DNA of 63,588 nt, filler included, from Octopus bimaculoides (GCF_001194135.2; 8 parts of 7 records of this genome joined end to end with filler, not necessarily neighbours in it), one strand, 5' to 3'. Positions 12,376 through 26,398 are shown, numbered from the whole stretch's first letter. A program made the numbers and translations. The notes: a model not told the origin generated them from the letters alone.

Positions 12376-12887
12376 TTATACATAAACAGATACACATATT
12401 TCCAACTGCTTCACATAGCTGCCTGAATTGTGCCTAAGATGCTGTACAAAGATATTTTCTCACTCTCACTGGAGACACACCCAAGGACTATCACAGTTTT
12501 GGGGGGAAATTGGTTTTCATAATGTCCGTGTCACGTCTTACAGCCTTTGCAGAATATACAGAGCATTGAGTATCAATCATCATGTCGGCATTTTGATAGT
12601 GTACAATAAACATACTAATAAGGATGAGGGGGGGAGGAGGAGAGGAAGAGGAGGAATGTCACTAGATGATATCTTTGGATCGCTGAGAAAAATACATGGT
12701 GTGCTGTAAGACGATAGGTTGATGGTGGAAGTGAGATAGAAAATGTCCAGAATAGAGGAGAGAAATTAGGATGGTGCTCGGAACAAAATGCAGAAGAGGG
12801 AACTTTACCAATGCAATAAATCCGCGAGACATGCTCATAAGATCCTCTGCTCTTTTATTGTGATGGATTAAGACTAAACTATAGAAC

Positions 12888-12949
<62 letters not shown>

Positions 12950-13080
12950 ATTATTGTTATTATTTTGTGAGAGAGCAGTACGTGCCATCAAAGTGACACT
13001 AGGGTTAAATATACGAAGCCCATTATACCCATCGTGACTACCCGTCTGATAAGGGTACACCAGGAACATGCATCATAACC
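12888..13080 (-). mobile_element. 5'-truncated LINE 3' end with long (TAA)n tail (probably R4/Dong-like)
   Basis: Non-repetitive ~120 bp segment followed on the minus strand by (TAA)n; class inferred from the tail only. Confidence 0.45.
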
Positions 13081-13426
13081 AAGAATCAACTGAAAAAAGG
13101 AATCTGAATATAACCTTGTTAATTATTCTGTATATAAAATTGGAAAGGATACAATTGTACGTCATCAAATATAGATCATGAACTCTTCTAATGTCAATAT
13201 ATAGTTAGTAGTACTGGAGATCACAGTAGTGAAATCATAAGAGAATGATTAACGATGTTCAGGTAAACATCCTCTGATGATGATAATAGAGAATGTTTCC
13301 TTTCATATAAAGTGTTAGCTTATGAAGTATTTTTAAAATGTAGTCGTAAAAACAACTAAAATATACAGGAATGTATATTATTATACCATCATTTAATACG
13401 AGAAAAATGTAAAGTTGAAATTTTAC

Positions 13427-13509
13427 CTCTGACATGGTGATATTGCAATGGCCGTAAGTATGATAACCATACGTCTGCATAGTGGTAACTTCATAGTTAA
13501 TTTAAATAA
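13427..13509 (-). CDS. galectin-fold protein, first domain exon
   Basis: Acceptor tcttttctgttatttgcag, donor GAG|GTAAAA, phase 0 to 2; LFKLTMKLPLCRRMVIILTAIAISPCQ(R), colinear with the galectin N-terminal strands ending in QRF. Confidence 0.75.
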
Positions 13510-13696
13510 CTGCAAATAACAGAAAAGACGTATGATATGTAAGCTATGATGTGTGTCTTAGTTTTACACAAGATTTTCTTATATTTAATATTACGAGAGT
13601 GTTGTAAATATATAATGTGCGAAAAAAACTGTACCATGTAGCAAACTGAAAAAAAAAACACATGCATATATTCTTCTATGCTTCTACAATACGTAC

Positions 13697-13720
13697 ATTG
13701 ACTGTATCATGTTGTTTCAT
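13697..13720 (-). CDS. putative initiator mini-exon of the galectin-like gene (MKQHDTVN)
   Basis: ATG preceded by an in-frame TAG; donor AAT|GTACGT in phase 0 matches the next acceptor; alternative start is the ATG inside the 13427-13509 exon. Confidence 0.35.
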
Positions 13721-13920
13721 ATGATTCACCAACACTCGATCCTAGAAACCCAACTTTACTTGAGAAGTGAATTGTTTGAATTGATCTTTGCAAACAAATG
13801 ATTGCTTAATGGTCTGTGTATTTTCGCACGAATGTTTTCAGACACCTTTCTATATAAGCTATTTCTACAAGCTATCGTCTGAAGAAAAGAATATTTCTCC
13901 ACACAGAACAGCAAAGTAGA

Positions 13921-13929
13921 CTTTATATA
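13921..13929 (-). promoter_or_regulatory. candidate TATA box (TATATAAAG) of the galectin-like gene
   Basis: ~200 nt upstream of the putative ATG; motif only. Confidence 0.25.
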
Positions 13930-14763
13930 CTGATATCTGAAAATCATTTTATATTTTATTTGAAGTATTTTATTCCCCGGAAAATATAATATTCTAGTAT
14001 TTTCACCTATCTTCGTGTAAAAGGCATGTAATACGTACGCTGCTGAATTCTTACGACGTACAGGGTATTTTGCGGTTTGACATACGTACATATAATGATA
14101 ATTCATTAGGATAACACATACGCATGTACATATACTTACACTACAAAATAGATAAGTACACACTGTCGCACATATATGTACACACACTGACACTAACACA
14201 TAGACATACACACACATGCATAAATTTATCTTTATATTTATACACACACACTGATTGAATGCGCATATGTGTGGCTATATGTGTGTACTTTCGTCTATGT
14301 ATGTGAACGTGTTTGCCATTGGACAATGGAAATTCAGTTGTTTGACCAAGTGGGTTACTTACTCCTTAATTAGCGTGTAAGCGGCTGAGTATATCACAGA
14401 CATGTGCACCCTTGACGTAATTCTAAGGGAGAATCAGAATGGCACAGTGTATGACAAAGCTGTACCACATGGATTATTGGTACAATCAAGTACTCGACGG
14501 GCTTCGCTGCAGTTTCTCTCTATCTAATTTCACTCACAAAGTATGGCTGAAACCAAGGTTTTAGAAGATCAGAAGTACTGAAGATATCGACCAGTGAGAT
14601 TCAACCTGATATCTTGTGATTGTGAAGCGAACTTTTCAAATATTTAGCCGTACTGATCCTTCATCTCTCTCTCTCTATCTCTCTATCTCTCTCTCTCTCT
14701 CTCCTTCTCTCTCCCCTCTCTCCCTCTCTTTCTCTCTACATATATATATATATATATATATAT

Positions 14764-14810
<47 letters not shown>

Positions 14811-14951
14811 NNNNNNNNNNNNNNNNNNNNNNNNNNNNNNNNNNNNNNNNNNNNNNNNNNNNNNNNNNNNNNNNNNNNNNNNNNNNNNNNNNNNNTATAT
14901 ATATACACACTTATATGAGTATATAAATATATACATATACATATATGTCAG

Positions 14952-14999
<48 letters not shown>

Positions 15000-15825
15000 C
15001 TGTGTGTCTGTGTCTGTGTGTGTGCGAGCGCGCGCGCGTGTATAAATCTCTGTTGATTCACTAGAAGTGATAAACCACAGGACTCCATACAAATGTATAA
15101 AATTCTTCAATACATAACTGAATGGCTCCAATTTTCAGTACTCGAATTATTGGCTTCCGATTATCTTCTGGTAAACCGAGCCCAGTTTTCTTTTGAAATA
15201 GTTGTCTGAATATTGTTTGAAATATGAAATGAAAGTTTTGAGAAAGCAATTATCCTTCTGTGCTTCTGTTTGTGAACTAGACGTACGAGAATGACTGCAG
15301 TAAACTGCCGCTTTTGATTTAATCTCTGGTTTTTGTGGTAATATTATTATAAACTTCTTAAACATTATACAAGTGAAGTCACGAAAATGCGTTGGTTTTT
15401 AAGCAATGTTCCAAAATGTTACATTTAAGCGATATTTTTAACTAATGCTATTTATGCTTGTGTGTAAAAACCTAAGAAAGAGAAGACAAATTGCAAAGCT
15501 CAGTGTTCTTAATCACTCAATATATTTCACAGAATCAGAATATACTTCATAACATACATAGGTACACTCATATATTTATATATATATATAAACAAATATA
15601 AATAATAAATGTACTTGCATGAGATCTTATGAGGTTGTATATCCATATTAGAAATCAATGAGGATACTAAAAGGTGTACATGGTGAATGATCAGAGGTAA
15701 TTTAAGACATTTTACAAAAGAGTTCTTTTAATTTAAAAAAACATAAGAATTTTTAAAGAATTTTAAAATTCGAATGCTGTATCGGAAGAACATACTGTTC
15801 TTCCATGCATGCATACACACACATA

Positions 15826-15900
<75 letters not shown>

Positions 15901-16360
15901 ACATACATACATACGTACATATACATCTATATATGTATGTATATCACGTGTATGCATACACGTGTATATATATATATGTATTTATGTACATACTTATGTC
16001 CTTGGATCTTCTATGCACACACGCACACACACAAACAAAAAAACAAACACTTACACATCGATTTTCTCAGAATTTCACATCGGTTAAAACATGTCTAACA
16101 CATTTGTCAGAAATATTCTATTTCCCATGATAATAAACTATGTTTATTGTTTCATATTTAATATTTTAAAAGTAAAATTTTAGAATTCAACACGCGTAGC
16201 TGTGTGGTAAGGAGTTTGAGTCCCAACTGTATCCTGCAGGGTTCAATCCCACTGCGTCATACCCGCGGCAAGTGTCTTCTACTTCAGCCTTAGGCCGATC
16301 AATGCCTTGAAAGTGGATTTGTGTAGAGGGAAATTTAAAGCTTGTCATATATATATATAC

Positions 16361-16460
16361 NNNNNNNNNNNNNNNNNNNNNNNNNNNNNNNNNNNNNNNN
16401 NNNNTTAATTAATTAANNNNNNNNNNNNNNNNNNNNNNNNNNNNNNNNNNNNNNNNNNNN
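16361..16460. other. artificial 100-bp contig spacer (44 N + TTAATTAATTAA + 44 N)
   Basis: Same construct at 40889-40988, 43103-43202, 44590-44689, 46664-46763, 60447-60546 and 61743-61842; the palindromic 12-mer puts stops in all six frames. Confidence 0.95.
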
Positions 16461-17335
16461 CTCATTTAGAGCAAGCGTACCATCATCCATGCGAACACAT
16501 TTCTCTCCTACTACATCACTATTCTCTCTCCTACACTGTCTTGCGACATGAAATACCTCAAGTCTTTGGTCCTCACGGCGCAGAACATTGGCAAATCTTT
16601 TCTTATCTAAATAAACCTGTCGCCTAGCTTCCCTTCTGGCAGATTGGTACAATTCCCTGCTACCACCGTTCTTCCAGTCCTTTCAAGCCTGTTTCTTTTG
16701 TCTAATAGCCCTGTCTACCTCCTTGTTCCACCACCACGTTATTTTGGGTCGAGAAGGGACCTTGCACCAACCACAGATCTCGTCGGTGGCCCTCAGCAGG
16801 TTGTCCTGTAGAAACGTCTAGTTGTCCTCTACATTGTGTGAAGCTACATCCCCCTATATTTCGTCGAAGGCTTCGAATAATAAGTCTCTAAATCTCTGTC
16901 CATTCGCAGGATCTTTGAGCTTCCATACCCTTCTCCTCCAAGCTGGTCGTCTTCTGGGCANNNNNNNNNNTTTGAGCTTCCATACCCTTCTCCTCCAAGC
17001 TGGTCGTCTTCTGGGCATCCACTTAGCTCTGATCCTAAAGTCACTAACTACTAGTCTATGTTGTGGGGTACAATCTTCGCCTGGGAATGTTTTGGCTTTT
17101 CTGAGCAGCCGTCTTTCTCTTTTCCTGGCGAGGATGTAGTCAATTTGGCTTGTGTGCCTGCCAGAACATTAGGTGACTAGGTGACTGGCAGGTTTCCTGA
17201 AGTTAGTATTGCAGACCATAAGGTCATTTGCATCACAGAACTCCAGCAGCCTGGTTCCCTCCTCATTGCGGGGACCAAAACCATAGCCTCCATGTATGCC
17301 ATAGAAGCCCCCTGAATGTTGTTGACATGTAAAAA
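16461..17335 (-). mobile_element. RTE-clade LINE ORF2 fragment (APE endonuclease end and tether)
   Basis: GYGFGPRNEEGTRLLEFC...SQIDYIL...FPGEDCTPQHRLVV...WWWNKEVDRAI...YQSARREARRQVY; stops present. Confidence 0.85.
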
Positions 17336-17399
17336 GTATTATCTGAATGTGATTGATGTCAGGGCCACCTGATTGGCTCCTGTGCCATTAACATGTAGA

Positions 17400-17632
17400 A
17401 AGAACTATCCAAACATGATTGATACCAGACCCACCTCACTGGCTCCTGTGCCAGTGGCACGTAAAAGGCACCCACAACACTCTCAGAGTGGTTGGCGTCA
17501 GGAAGGGCATCCATCTGTAGAAACATTGCTAGATCAGATTGGAGTGTGGTGCAGCTGCTGGCTCTCCAGACCTCAGTCAAACCATCCAACCCATGCCAGC
17601 ATGGAAAACAGATGTTAAACGATGATGATGAT
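17400..17632 (+). mobile_element. SINE or short LINE-tail family D, (GAT)n-tailed
   Basis: GTGGTTGGCGTCAGGAAGGGCATCC...CAACCCATGCCAGCATGGAAAACAGATGTTAAACGATGATGAT; further copies at 23900-24155, 28670-29200, 30560-30740, 31562-31720 and 34404-34775. Confidence 0.75.
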
Positions 17633-18679
17633 ACTGCATCTCCATTATGATTAACTGGTTTATCTTAAATATCACTCCAGAACTTTCTACCTTCCCCTGG
17701 TCTGTAAATTGGTTCGGTAGATGGTGAGAAGGAAATCAACAATGGGGCTTTGCATTCCTGTGTGATCAAGGGACAAAAGACAGAAAGAAAAAGGAAAAAA
17801 TATAAAAGTATACAAAAAAAATAAAGGGCAATCAGTGAGAGCACTGACGTTGGCCTTGGAAAGAACCAATTCACTTTGTCTTTGATTACTGATAGAAAAA
17901 TAATAAGATATGTATTTATACTGACGTTTACATCATTGAACTTTTGAATTTTTGGATTTTATTATTATTACTTGCAAGTAATAATAATAAAACCAATTGC
18001 ATCGACCCCAGTGTTCAATTGGTACTTATTTTATCAACCCAGAAAGAATGAAAAGTAAAGTCAACCTTGGCAAAAACTGAACTCAAAACATATAGTCAGA
18101 CAAAATGCCGCTGAGCATTCTGCCAGATTGCTGCCTTAGTAATAATGATAGTAATAATTAATTTCCAATATTTGCCGTACATAGTGTGAAGATCTTGTTT
18201 TACTTCTCCTTTCATTACACAATTTGTTCAAGCAATACCAAATGAGATTTTCTTTGAGGTATCATAAAAAAAACAGTGATTACCTTTGTGCCCACTATTA
18301 GAAATATTTAATAGTGAGTTTCTATTGCCATTACCAGAGTTTCACTTGAGTGGTTGGTAGTATACTGGAAACTAAAATTTATTGGTCTTTTCGTTGTTGC
18401 AAGTTTGTTTGTTGTTTTGGGTTTTTTTGGGGGGAGGAGTTTCTTTGTTTTGTCTTTCCAGTTCTTCTGTGCATTCAGAAGAACTGGAAAGAGAACTAAC
18501 CCTCTCCACTCAAAATCGCTTGACTTGTCCCTAAATTAGAAATGATTATTGTTGTAGACTGATTTAGAAAGTTTAAAGGGTTTTTTTCTTCTTTGTCATT
18601 AAATTTTATGAATTTAAATTATGATTTTAATATTATTGCACGCAATCTTCAAGCAAATTCATCTGTTCCTTCCATACAG

Positions 18680-18881
18680 GAAATCCTTCAAGAAAATGAG
18701 TACATCCCCCGAGGCCTTCCATGTGCTACGTACCGGTTTTACTATTTCTCATGCAGTTTTATGCATTTGTCATTACATATTGGGTGTCGGTGATCGACAT
18801 CTAAGTAATTTGATGATACATCAAGGTACCGGACAAATGATCGGAATTGATTTTGGCCATGCTTTTGGTTCAGCAACACAA
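18680..18881 (+). CDS. PRKDC: DNA-PKcs exon: kinase catalytic loop and DFG
   Basis: tccatacag|G ... CAA|GTAAGC; [17 protein letters not shown]...[11 protein letters not shown]...[14 protein letters not shown] matches human [13 protein letters not shown]...GIGDRHLNN...[13 protein letters not shown]. Confidence 0.97.
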
Positions 18882-20099
18882 GTAAGCTAAGAAATTTTGG
18901 TTTTTTTCTACCAATTTTATTTTCTAGAAGTATTTGAAAACCTGGCTGACTCATACTTTTAATGCTTACAGCATAAAAAGAAATAGTGTACAACCGTAAG
19001 AGACTGTAAATGAGTGTAGAATAAGAGATATTGATAGATTAAAGAATAATCCTTTATAATTTTATTTGCAACAATTCTTTTTACAATTAAAAGAAATTAA
19101 GGAAAGAAGATGAAGAAAATAAACTGGAATAACAACAGAAATCTTACTTGAAGCAAGATAAAGAGTAGAATGACTGAAATGCTGCATAAATAAGCTGGAA
19201 TGACAGCAAAAGACTGTTTAAAACAAGTAACAAATGGACTGAAGTTCTTATTGATGAAGTAAATAGGACTATAGTTTGATATATAAAGATTATAAATCTG
19301 AATTTACGTACTGTTGTAGTTATAATATGGTATATATAGTTATATTATTATGGTATTTCTTTAGTTACAAAGCTAGTAATTGAATGAGTTAACTGTGAGT
19401 GTATGTCAAGTTGGGATTCAAAAGACAATACACTGGAATGATTTCATGTTTCCTTCTTCATAATGTGAGATTTATTTGAATCTAACACTACACATTTAGT
19501 AGTAACCCCCACAATTGCACTGTTGAGCTGTACTTCTAGGAATTAATTATTTAAATTCAGCTGGACCAAACCACTGAGAGTTAAGTGCCTACATTAGAAA
19601 CACACCACAATGCTACTCAGCTTGTTCAGACTCTCTAACTACTTCTTTTTACCAGGTAGAGTAGGTCAGAGCAAACAAGTGCAATAATATAGCTTACCCA
19701 AAGTGGGAACCATAATTACTATATCACAAAGCAGTAGAGTGGCATAAGTGGTAAAGTTTCAGACTGAAATCGGTTTCGTTTTTCACTATTTTTGTGATCT
19801 CTATTATAAATACCAGTAATATTTTGGAATCAGCTCTTCCAATTATGCATAGTCTATCCAAAAAGAAATTGAGCTTTAAAACAGGTAGCCAGTCAGTTGG
19901 TATAGCATGCTTGTGAGAGTAACCCTGTGTTTCGGTGACTTTGGCCATTGGTCTAATAATAGCCACATCATGTCATGTCAAATAGTCATCAATCTGCACA
20001 TCTCTGAGTGATGGTATATTTAGTGCACTTAGTGAATTGTCTCAGATTGAACAATGAAGGATTTGGAAATGCATTATGTTTATGCAAAATTCTGTTTTA

Positions 20100-21030
20100 A
20101 AATCAAGAAAAACTTTTATGGTGACTTTTCTAAAATTGCAACAGTTTTTTATGAGAATTGTTTGAGCCATGGCCCTAAATGTCACAAGTGATAACAATGT
20201 TCCAAATCTGGATAACTTTTGATGATGATGGATGACAATTACATTGTGAAAATATGAAAAATCTCTCTAATATCCACGAAGTTCCTGAAGAAGTAGGCAT
20301 ATGTAAAAGTTCATGTCACATCATTTTTAAACAAAAGAAAAATGATTCTGCATTGTGTTGCCACAAAATTTGCACCGCATCTGCTGACAACCAAACAAAA
20401 AAAAAAAGAGAAACAAGTTTCAGTTAGTCAGCTATTTAAAACTGTTCAAATGCTTGTGTAAATTTTACTGAATCCTGTCATAACAAGTGATAAAACTTGG
20501 TTGTACAACTACAACATTGTAACAACAAAGGCAGTTTCTGCAGTGAATTCAACCATCTTCATCTAGACAAAAACAAACATGTCAGAGTTGTTCAAATGTG
20601 AAGGTGATGTTGACTGTCCTTTTTTGGTTGCAAAAGCATCGTTCATCATGAGTTTGTTTGTGTTCAAACATCGGATAAAGTGTTAGAGGCTGTGTAAGGT
20701 GTCCTAAAAAGAGGATTAACAAAACTTGGGATATCACACCGTGACAACAATCTTGCTCACTTATCACTCCTTGTCCATGATGTTTTGACAAAGCATGAGG
20801 TGACTCTTGTCCTCCAGCCATCTTAGCTACTCTACTTTATTACTACTGAGTTGTTTTGGATTTTTTTCTCTTTTCAAAGTTGAAATCCATCCTGAAAAGT
20901 TACTGATTTTAGATGATAAAAGAGATCAAAGAAAATTTACTAAGTGAACTGTGCACTACTTCTGGAAATACATTCCAAGATGCAATCCAAACTGGAAAAA
21001 ACATCAGGAGTCGAGAGACAAGTGCCCTTT
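20100..21030 (+). mobile_element. highly degenerate mariner transposon
   Basis: Relics TKFAPHLLT, VITSDKTW, VMLTV and HDNNLAH in broken frames, inside a PRKDC intron. Confidence 0.6.
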
Positions 21031-21451
21031 TCCTTCCCCTTGACATAGTGATAGCTGTCCCAAAACCAAGCCTTATACTTTTTCTCTAAGACTTTCAAGC
21101 TTAGGACAAATGTAAGAAATAATTAGTGGCAAAATATCTGCTTGTGATCTCTAGACTTGTAGCCTCATAATGCAAACACTTTAAATATATTATGATGTTA
21201 GTTAAAAGGACAAATGATAGTTTTTACACAATAACCACAACATAACTCAGCAACTGACCCGGTTAGGCATTGGACCTGCAACATGTCTCTTTATTATTTG
21301 AATTTATGCTTTTCTGTTTCTTTTGCGATATTTTCATGTCTTTCAGTTTGTTGATTAAATTTCTATTTACCAAAAATTATGTTTGTATTTACCAAACTTC
21401 TGCTTGTTTCTTGTATTTAATTTTATTGATATTTTCTCCATTTCCTTATAG

Positions 21452-21640
21452 TATTTACCAATTCCAGAGTTAATGCCATTCCGTCTTACTCGTCAACTGC
21501 AAAATGTCTGCTTGCCTCATGGCACTAAAGGTACATTTGAAAGAACTATGGCGCACTGCTTGGAATCACTTCGATCTGATAAAGACCTACTTACTCATAC
21601 ACTGGAGATCTTTGTTAGGGAGCCCTCTCTTGATTGGCTG
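21452..21640 (+). CDS. PRKDC: DNA-PKcs exon: activation loop and kinase C-lobe
   Basis: tttccttatag|TAT ... CTG|GTGAGA, phase 0/0; YLPIPELMPFRLTRQ...EIFVREPSLDWL. Confidence 0.97.
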
Positions 21641-23648
21641 GTGAGAAAATCTTAATTTCTTTGAAATATTTTAAAATATTTAGGACTTATTTTATAAAGA
21701 ATCAATAGTTAGCAGAAGGGAAGGGAGAAATGGAAGATTAACTGGAAGAAAATTAAGTAGACAATAGAAGATAGAGTTAAAAGTGGAAGAATTACAATAA
21801 AGGATTAAGGTATCTCTTTTACAGCAATAAGTGATTGATTTCTTTAAAGTTAGCAAAAGGTTTATCTTAGTAGAAGTGAATATATGGACTGGTGAAGTTA
21901 CTTTAGTATATTAGTGATACCTGTTCTATTGACAAGTAACAGAAGGGCAAAACTTCTTTTTATTTGCACCCCTCCTCTTTACATGTCCCTATCATCATTC
22001 ACTTGTCTATCTTCCATCATCCATGCCACTGTCATTCATGTTTTTATCATTCTTGCCTTTATCGCTCATGCTTCTAGAGCTCATGCCCCTATTGCTCATT
22101 TCTCAATCACTCTCTTCTCACTCTCACTGTGCTACTGATATGACTAAGGATAGCACTGGACCTCTTCAGTTCACCATAAACTACTTTCAGTCTAACTAGG
22201 GATACCACAAGACCCTCTTTCCAACACTCCACCCCACCCTTTCTTAGCTTTATCACCCTAGCTCTCTCACCGTCTTCAGACATATACATACAGGACCTTA
22301 TTAGATTTACACATACCCCTTACACTCTACCTATATTGCCTTCAATCATTTGGTATTGGCATCCATCATTCATCCTCACCATTTATCCATCTCCTGCTAG
22401 CAATCACTCTCTCACTGCTATCCTCTCTAGTGCTGATGCCCTAATAAAATGCATCCATCACATTCTGTTAAATGAAGGATTGAGGAGACCCATCTTATCA
22501 GATTAAACCAAAGATGAAAATTGGAGTGAGATGTGATCCTTCAACTCATCTATAAGAGCAGCAGCAATGACTCATCCTACTTATACCAAAAGGAAAAGTT
22601 GATGTAAAACAACGTTGGTGGTGGTGCATTTAGTTTCTTGTTGCATCTCATGTCCTTACTAGTGCAATCATCTGATACTCCTAATTTGTTACCACTCTCT
22701 CAGCTCATATGTACTGTCTTTCATACATTTTGAAATTATAAATCTTTTTGGAGACACTCTAGTGGAGTGAGGGCTCTTTAGCCGCACAGGATGCAGTACA
22801 CTCTATGGTGGTTGGCAAACAAACAGATGCAATGCAAATCCATCAGCTCTAGAGGACCCTTTAGTCTTGTGAAAAACATAACTTTTCTAGTATTGGTGCC
22901 TCAATTAAATGCACCCAGTACAATTAGTAAAGCAGTTGGTGTTAAAAAGAGCATCCAGCCATAGAAACTGTAGCAAGGCACAAGAAGCCAGCGCCATTTT
23001 GTACGAGATCTCGCCAATAGCCATTACCATTTCTGAGACAGGAGTGAGATCTCGCCTGCAACCATTTGCCATGCACGAGATGACAGCAAGACTCTCGTCG
23101 GCAACGACTATTTAAGCAGGAGAATTAAGACATTCTCTCTCTTTCTTCCTTCTTGTTTACGCTGAGAAACACTGCAAAGTTGGCAGCTCACAGTGGACTC
23201 TTATCCCGCTCTAACTTCACCTGTTATCTCCAGAGGTAATGAACCTCATGTGAACAGAGCTATAGCGAACCACGTGCTGCCATAAAGACGGTCACTGGGA
23301 ACAAGTCACATGAACAAGAACTAAAAATAAACGACTATTGAATTGCACTCCACTTGTAAACTTCTTCGTGTTCCAGATCCTTAAGACTATAAAAATACTT
23401 ATAATGGGAGGAGATACTCCACAGGTATCACAAGCCTTCAATTCCATTATAAAACCATGCCAAAATGGAACACACAAGTGAGACACAATCCACTAACTGA
23501 TCCAGTAGAGCTGTAACTCCAAATAGGAAGACGCTCAGAGGGTGATGATCCATCCAACCCATGCTGACATATGGAAAGCAGACATAATGATGATGATGAT
23601 TTTATGATATACTGATACTTACATCTTTTTGTTTTTTATTTTTCTTAG

Positions 23649-23691
23649 AAAAATGCTCAAACCAATATGCACAGAAAAGCACAAGATTTCA
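23649..23691 (+). CDS. PRKDC: DNA-PKcs 43-nt micro-exon (PIKK regulatory domain)
   Basis: ttttcttag|AAA ... TTCA|GTAAGT; KNAQTNMHRKAQDF; phase 0 to 1, exactly bridges the flanking exons. Confidence 0.85.
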
Positions 23692-23899
23692 GTAAGTGAA
23701 ATTCATGTTTTCTTGTTTTTTTTTCTTTTTATTTGCATTTCACTATTATGACTATAAAAGTCAAAATATTAAATGCTATATTTACTTGTGAATAAGTCTC
23801 TCTCCCAGTTTAGTGTTAAAACTTGGTTCAACATTTTCCCCTTCACATCCCAGTTTATTAATTTAAAATCAAAAAAGCACCTATGTTGGTACCACATTA

Positions 23900-24155
23900 A
23901 AAGCACCCATGCTGGTACCACATAAAAAGGTACCCAGTACACTATAAAGTGGATGGCATTAGGAAGGGCATCCAGCCATAGAAACCTTTCCAAAACACAA
24001 TCTCGGAGTGGTTGGTGTTAGGAAGGGCATCCAGCTGTAGAAACTCTGCCAGATCAGATTGGAGCCTGGTGTAGCCATCTGGTTCACCAGTCCTCAGTCA
24101 AATCGTCCAACCCATGCTAGCATGGAAAGCGGACGTTAAACGATGATGATGATGA
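23900..24155 (+). mobile_element. family D SINE (tandem partial plus full tail)
   Basis: Two successive TTAGGAAGGGCATCCAGC cores; (GAT)n tail. Confidence 0.75.
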
Positions 24156-24544
24156 ATTTAATACAGAATGCAACATATACGCTATATTTTTGTGTATATA
24201 TTGAGAAAGATAATTCATGTCAGTTATTATAAACTAGGATGTTTTTGTTTTGTTTCTTTTTGCAAATTTCTGTTTGTTATTGTTGAAGTTATTTTACATC
24301 CATTTATCCATGCTTGCCTGGGTTTGATAACATTTATTGGTACAGTTCTTGTTACAACTGAATGATTTTGCTGCTACAAAACCATTCAACGATGAAGTAG
24401 GAAGCAAACTGGCATGTAATGCAGTGACTGGTAGGGTTTAATCTTGTACTTATGTTGTAGGTTGTCCAATACTTTATCCTCATAACCATTGTGCATGTAG
24501 ATTTTTTTTTTTAAATATTACACTTTGTTATTCTCTATATAGAT

Positions 24545-24950
24545 TCAGACATGTCTGTATGGCTAAGAAGCTAGCTTTGCAACGATATGGTTTCAACTTC
24601 TATCCAACTGCATAGAACCATTGGCAAATGTCTTCTGCTGTAGTCCCTGGCCAACCAATGCTCGTGAGTGACCTGGTAAACAGAAACTGTGTTGAAGCTC
24701 ATCATATATATATATATATATATATAGTGTTTGTGTCTATATTTGTCATACACATCCACCACCACCTGACAACCAGTGTTGGTTTGTTTACACCCCCTTA
24801 ACTTAGCAGTTTAGCAAAAGAGATCAATAAAATAAGTACCTGGTTTTATAAATAACAAACCTCCCTGCGGTTGATTTGTTTGATGAAAATTGTTAAAGGT
24901 GGTGCCCTTACATGGCTATAGTCAAATGACTGAAACAAGTAAAAGATAAA
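24545..24950 (+). mobile_element. tRNA-derived SINE family C (internal microsatellite), degenerate
   Basis: Similar to the 27470-27845 copy; ends GTCAAATGACTGAAACAAGTAAAAG. Confidence 0.7.
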
Positions 24951-25129
24951 AGAAAAACGACCGGGGGAAGGAAAATTCTTACTGATTAAGGATGAAATTT
25001 TAAGAGGAATTTCAGAAATTTTACAACACATAATTAAAATAGCTTCCATTTAGTTATGTTTTTTACAACTTTGATATACCAGTTGCTTGCAAAATGGTAA
25101 TTTTTTTTTTCTTACCATGCATCTTTCAG

Positions 25130-25220
25130 GTGAAGAGGAAGACCTTTCTTGGTATCCAAAGGAGAAAATTGATTTTGTTAAACGCAAGTTAGATGGAGAC
25201 CATCCTGCTTACATTACCAG
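25130..25220 (+). CDS. PRKDC: DNA-PKcs exon (PRD)
   Basis: atctttcag|GT ... AG|GTAATG, phase 1 to 2; (S)EEEDLSWYPKEKIDFVKRKLDGDHPAYIT vs human [24 protein letters not shown]. Confidence 0.95.
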
Positions 25221-26398
25221 GTAATGTCACATTATATTCAACATTTTCACCTTCATTAAGATTTTTTAATACTAACTCATCTTAAACTGCCTCTAGTTCT
25301 TTGCCACAGAAACTTCTGTTTTATAATAATATATCTAATTAAAACCATACCATAATTTTTTGTGAAACCGTTTTCTTATCAGCAAAACAGTTAAAAGTTC
25401 ATTATCTTATTAAATCCCTTTCAATAATTACTCTTTTAAATTAATTGAACATATTGGCAGTGTATTTCATTAGAAATGCGGTCGTGAAATGGTTAGCATT
25501 AATTCTATTTAATTGGTTATACACTGTTCTCCAAGCTTACAAAAAAAAGGAGAAAAATTCTGTTTAAATAAACATTCCTTCAGTTTTTTCTTTCATTGTT
25601 TCTTCTCTAGTTCTTTGTTCTGCTTACCTTTCTCCTCCTTCATATTGGTTTCAAAGGCTCAAAGCCAGCAATTTCAAGGGAGAGGTTAAATTAATTATAT
25701 TGACCCTAGTGTCCATCATCATCATCATCCAGTGTTTTAAATCCAGGTTTTGCCCCTGTTAACAAGGGTGCCGGATCTATCTCAATGCCATAACAACTGA
25801 GGCAGGCAGATGCAGCCCACATCAACCTTTGGGCTGGCTAGTGCCTATTCTCCTTTGCCATCATGAGGCTTTTTTGGAGCAGGGTTTTTCTACAGGGAGC
25901 ATGCCCTTACTTACCTCCAACCTCAGTTTCTAGACATGAGTGGCCCCGAGACCAAGGCCTCTACCACGATTTTTAAGAAATGTGGTGGAAAACTAGCTCA
26001 GGAAGGCAGGAACACTACACCCTGAGACCCCTTTCTACAATTGGTATTGATTTTATTGACCTCAGCAGAATTTGAGCTCAGAACATAAACATGGATGAAA
26101 TGCCGCTAAGAATTTTGCCCAGTGTGCTAATGATTCTGCCAGCTCGCCACCTTCCTCCTCCTTAATATTAACAGTGTTGCCTTCTTACATAAACACAAAG
26201 CCACAAAAGTATCAATGACGGAATTGTTAGTATAGTTTCCCCTTTGAAACATTACAGTTTTTCTCAATATCCTAATTACTCTTTCTTTCATGGTAACAAA
26301 TATCATTGTGTCTTCTAGAAGTATTTTGAATCAAGATGCATTTACATAGTTTAGTCTTAGCAAACTGTTCTTTTAGTTCATGTTTGTTTTATAGAGAG

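Noticed and set aside
13427-13494. MKLPLCRRMVIILTAIAISPCQ read as a signal peptide
   Set aside because: It aligns without gaps to the first galectin beta-strands, so its hydrophobicity is explained by the fold
16405-16416. Recurrent TTAATTAATTAA palindrome (7 copies)
   Set aside because: Always centred in 44 N + 44 N; an assembly spacer, not biology
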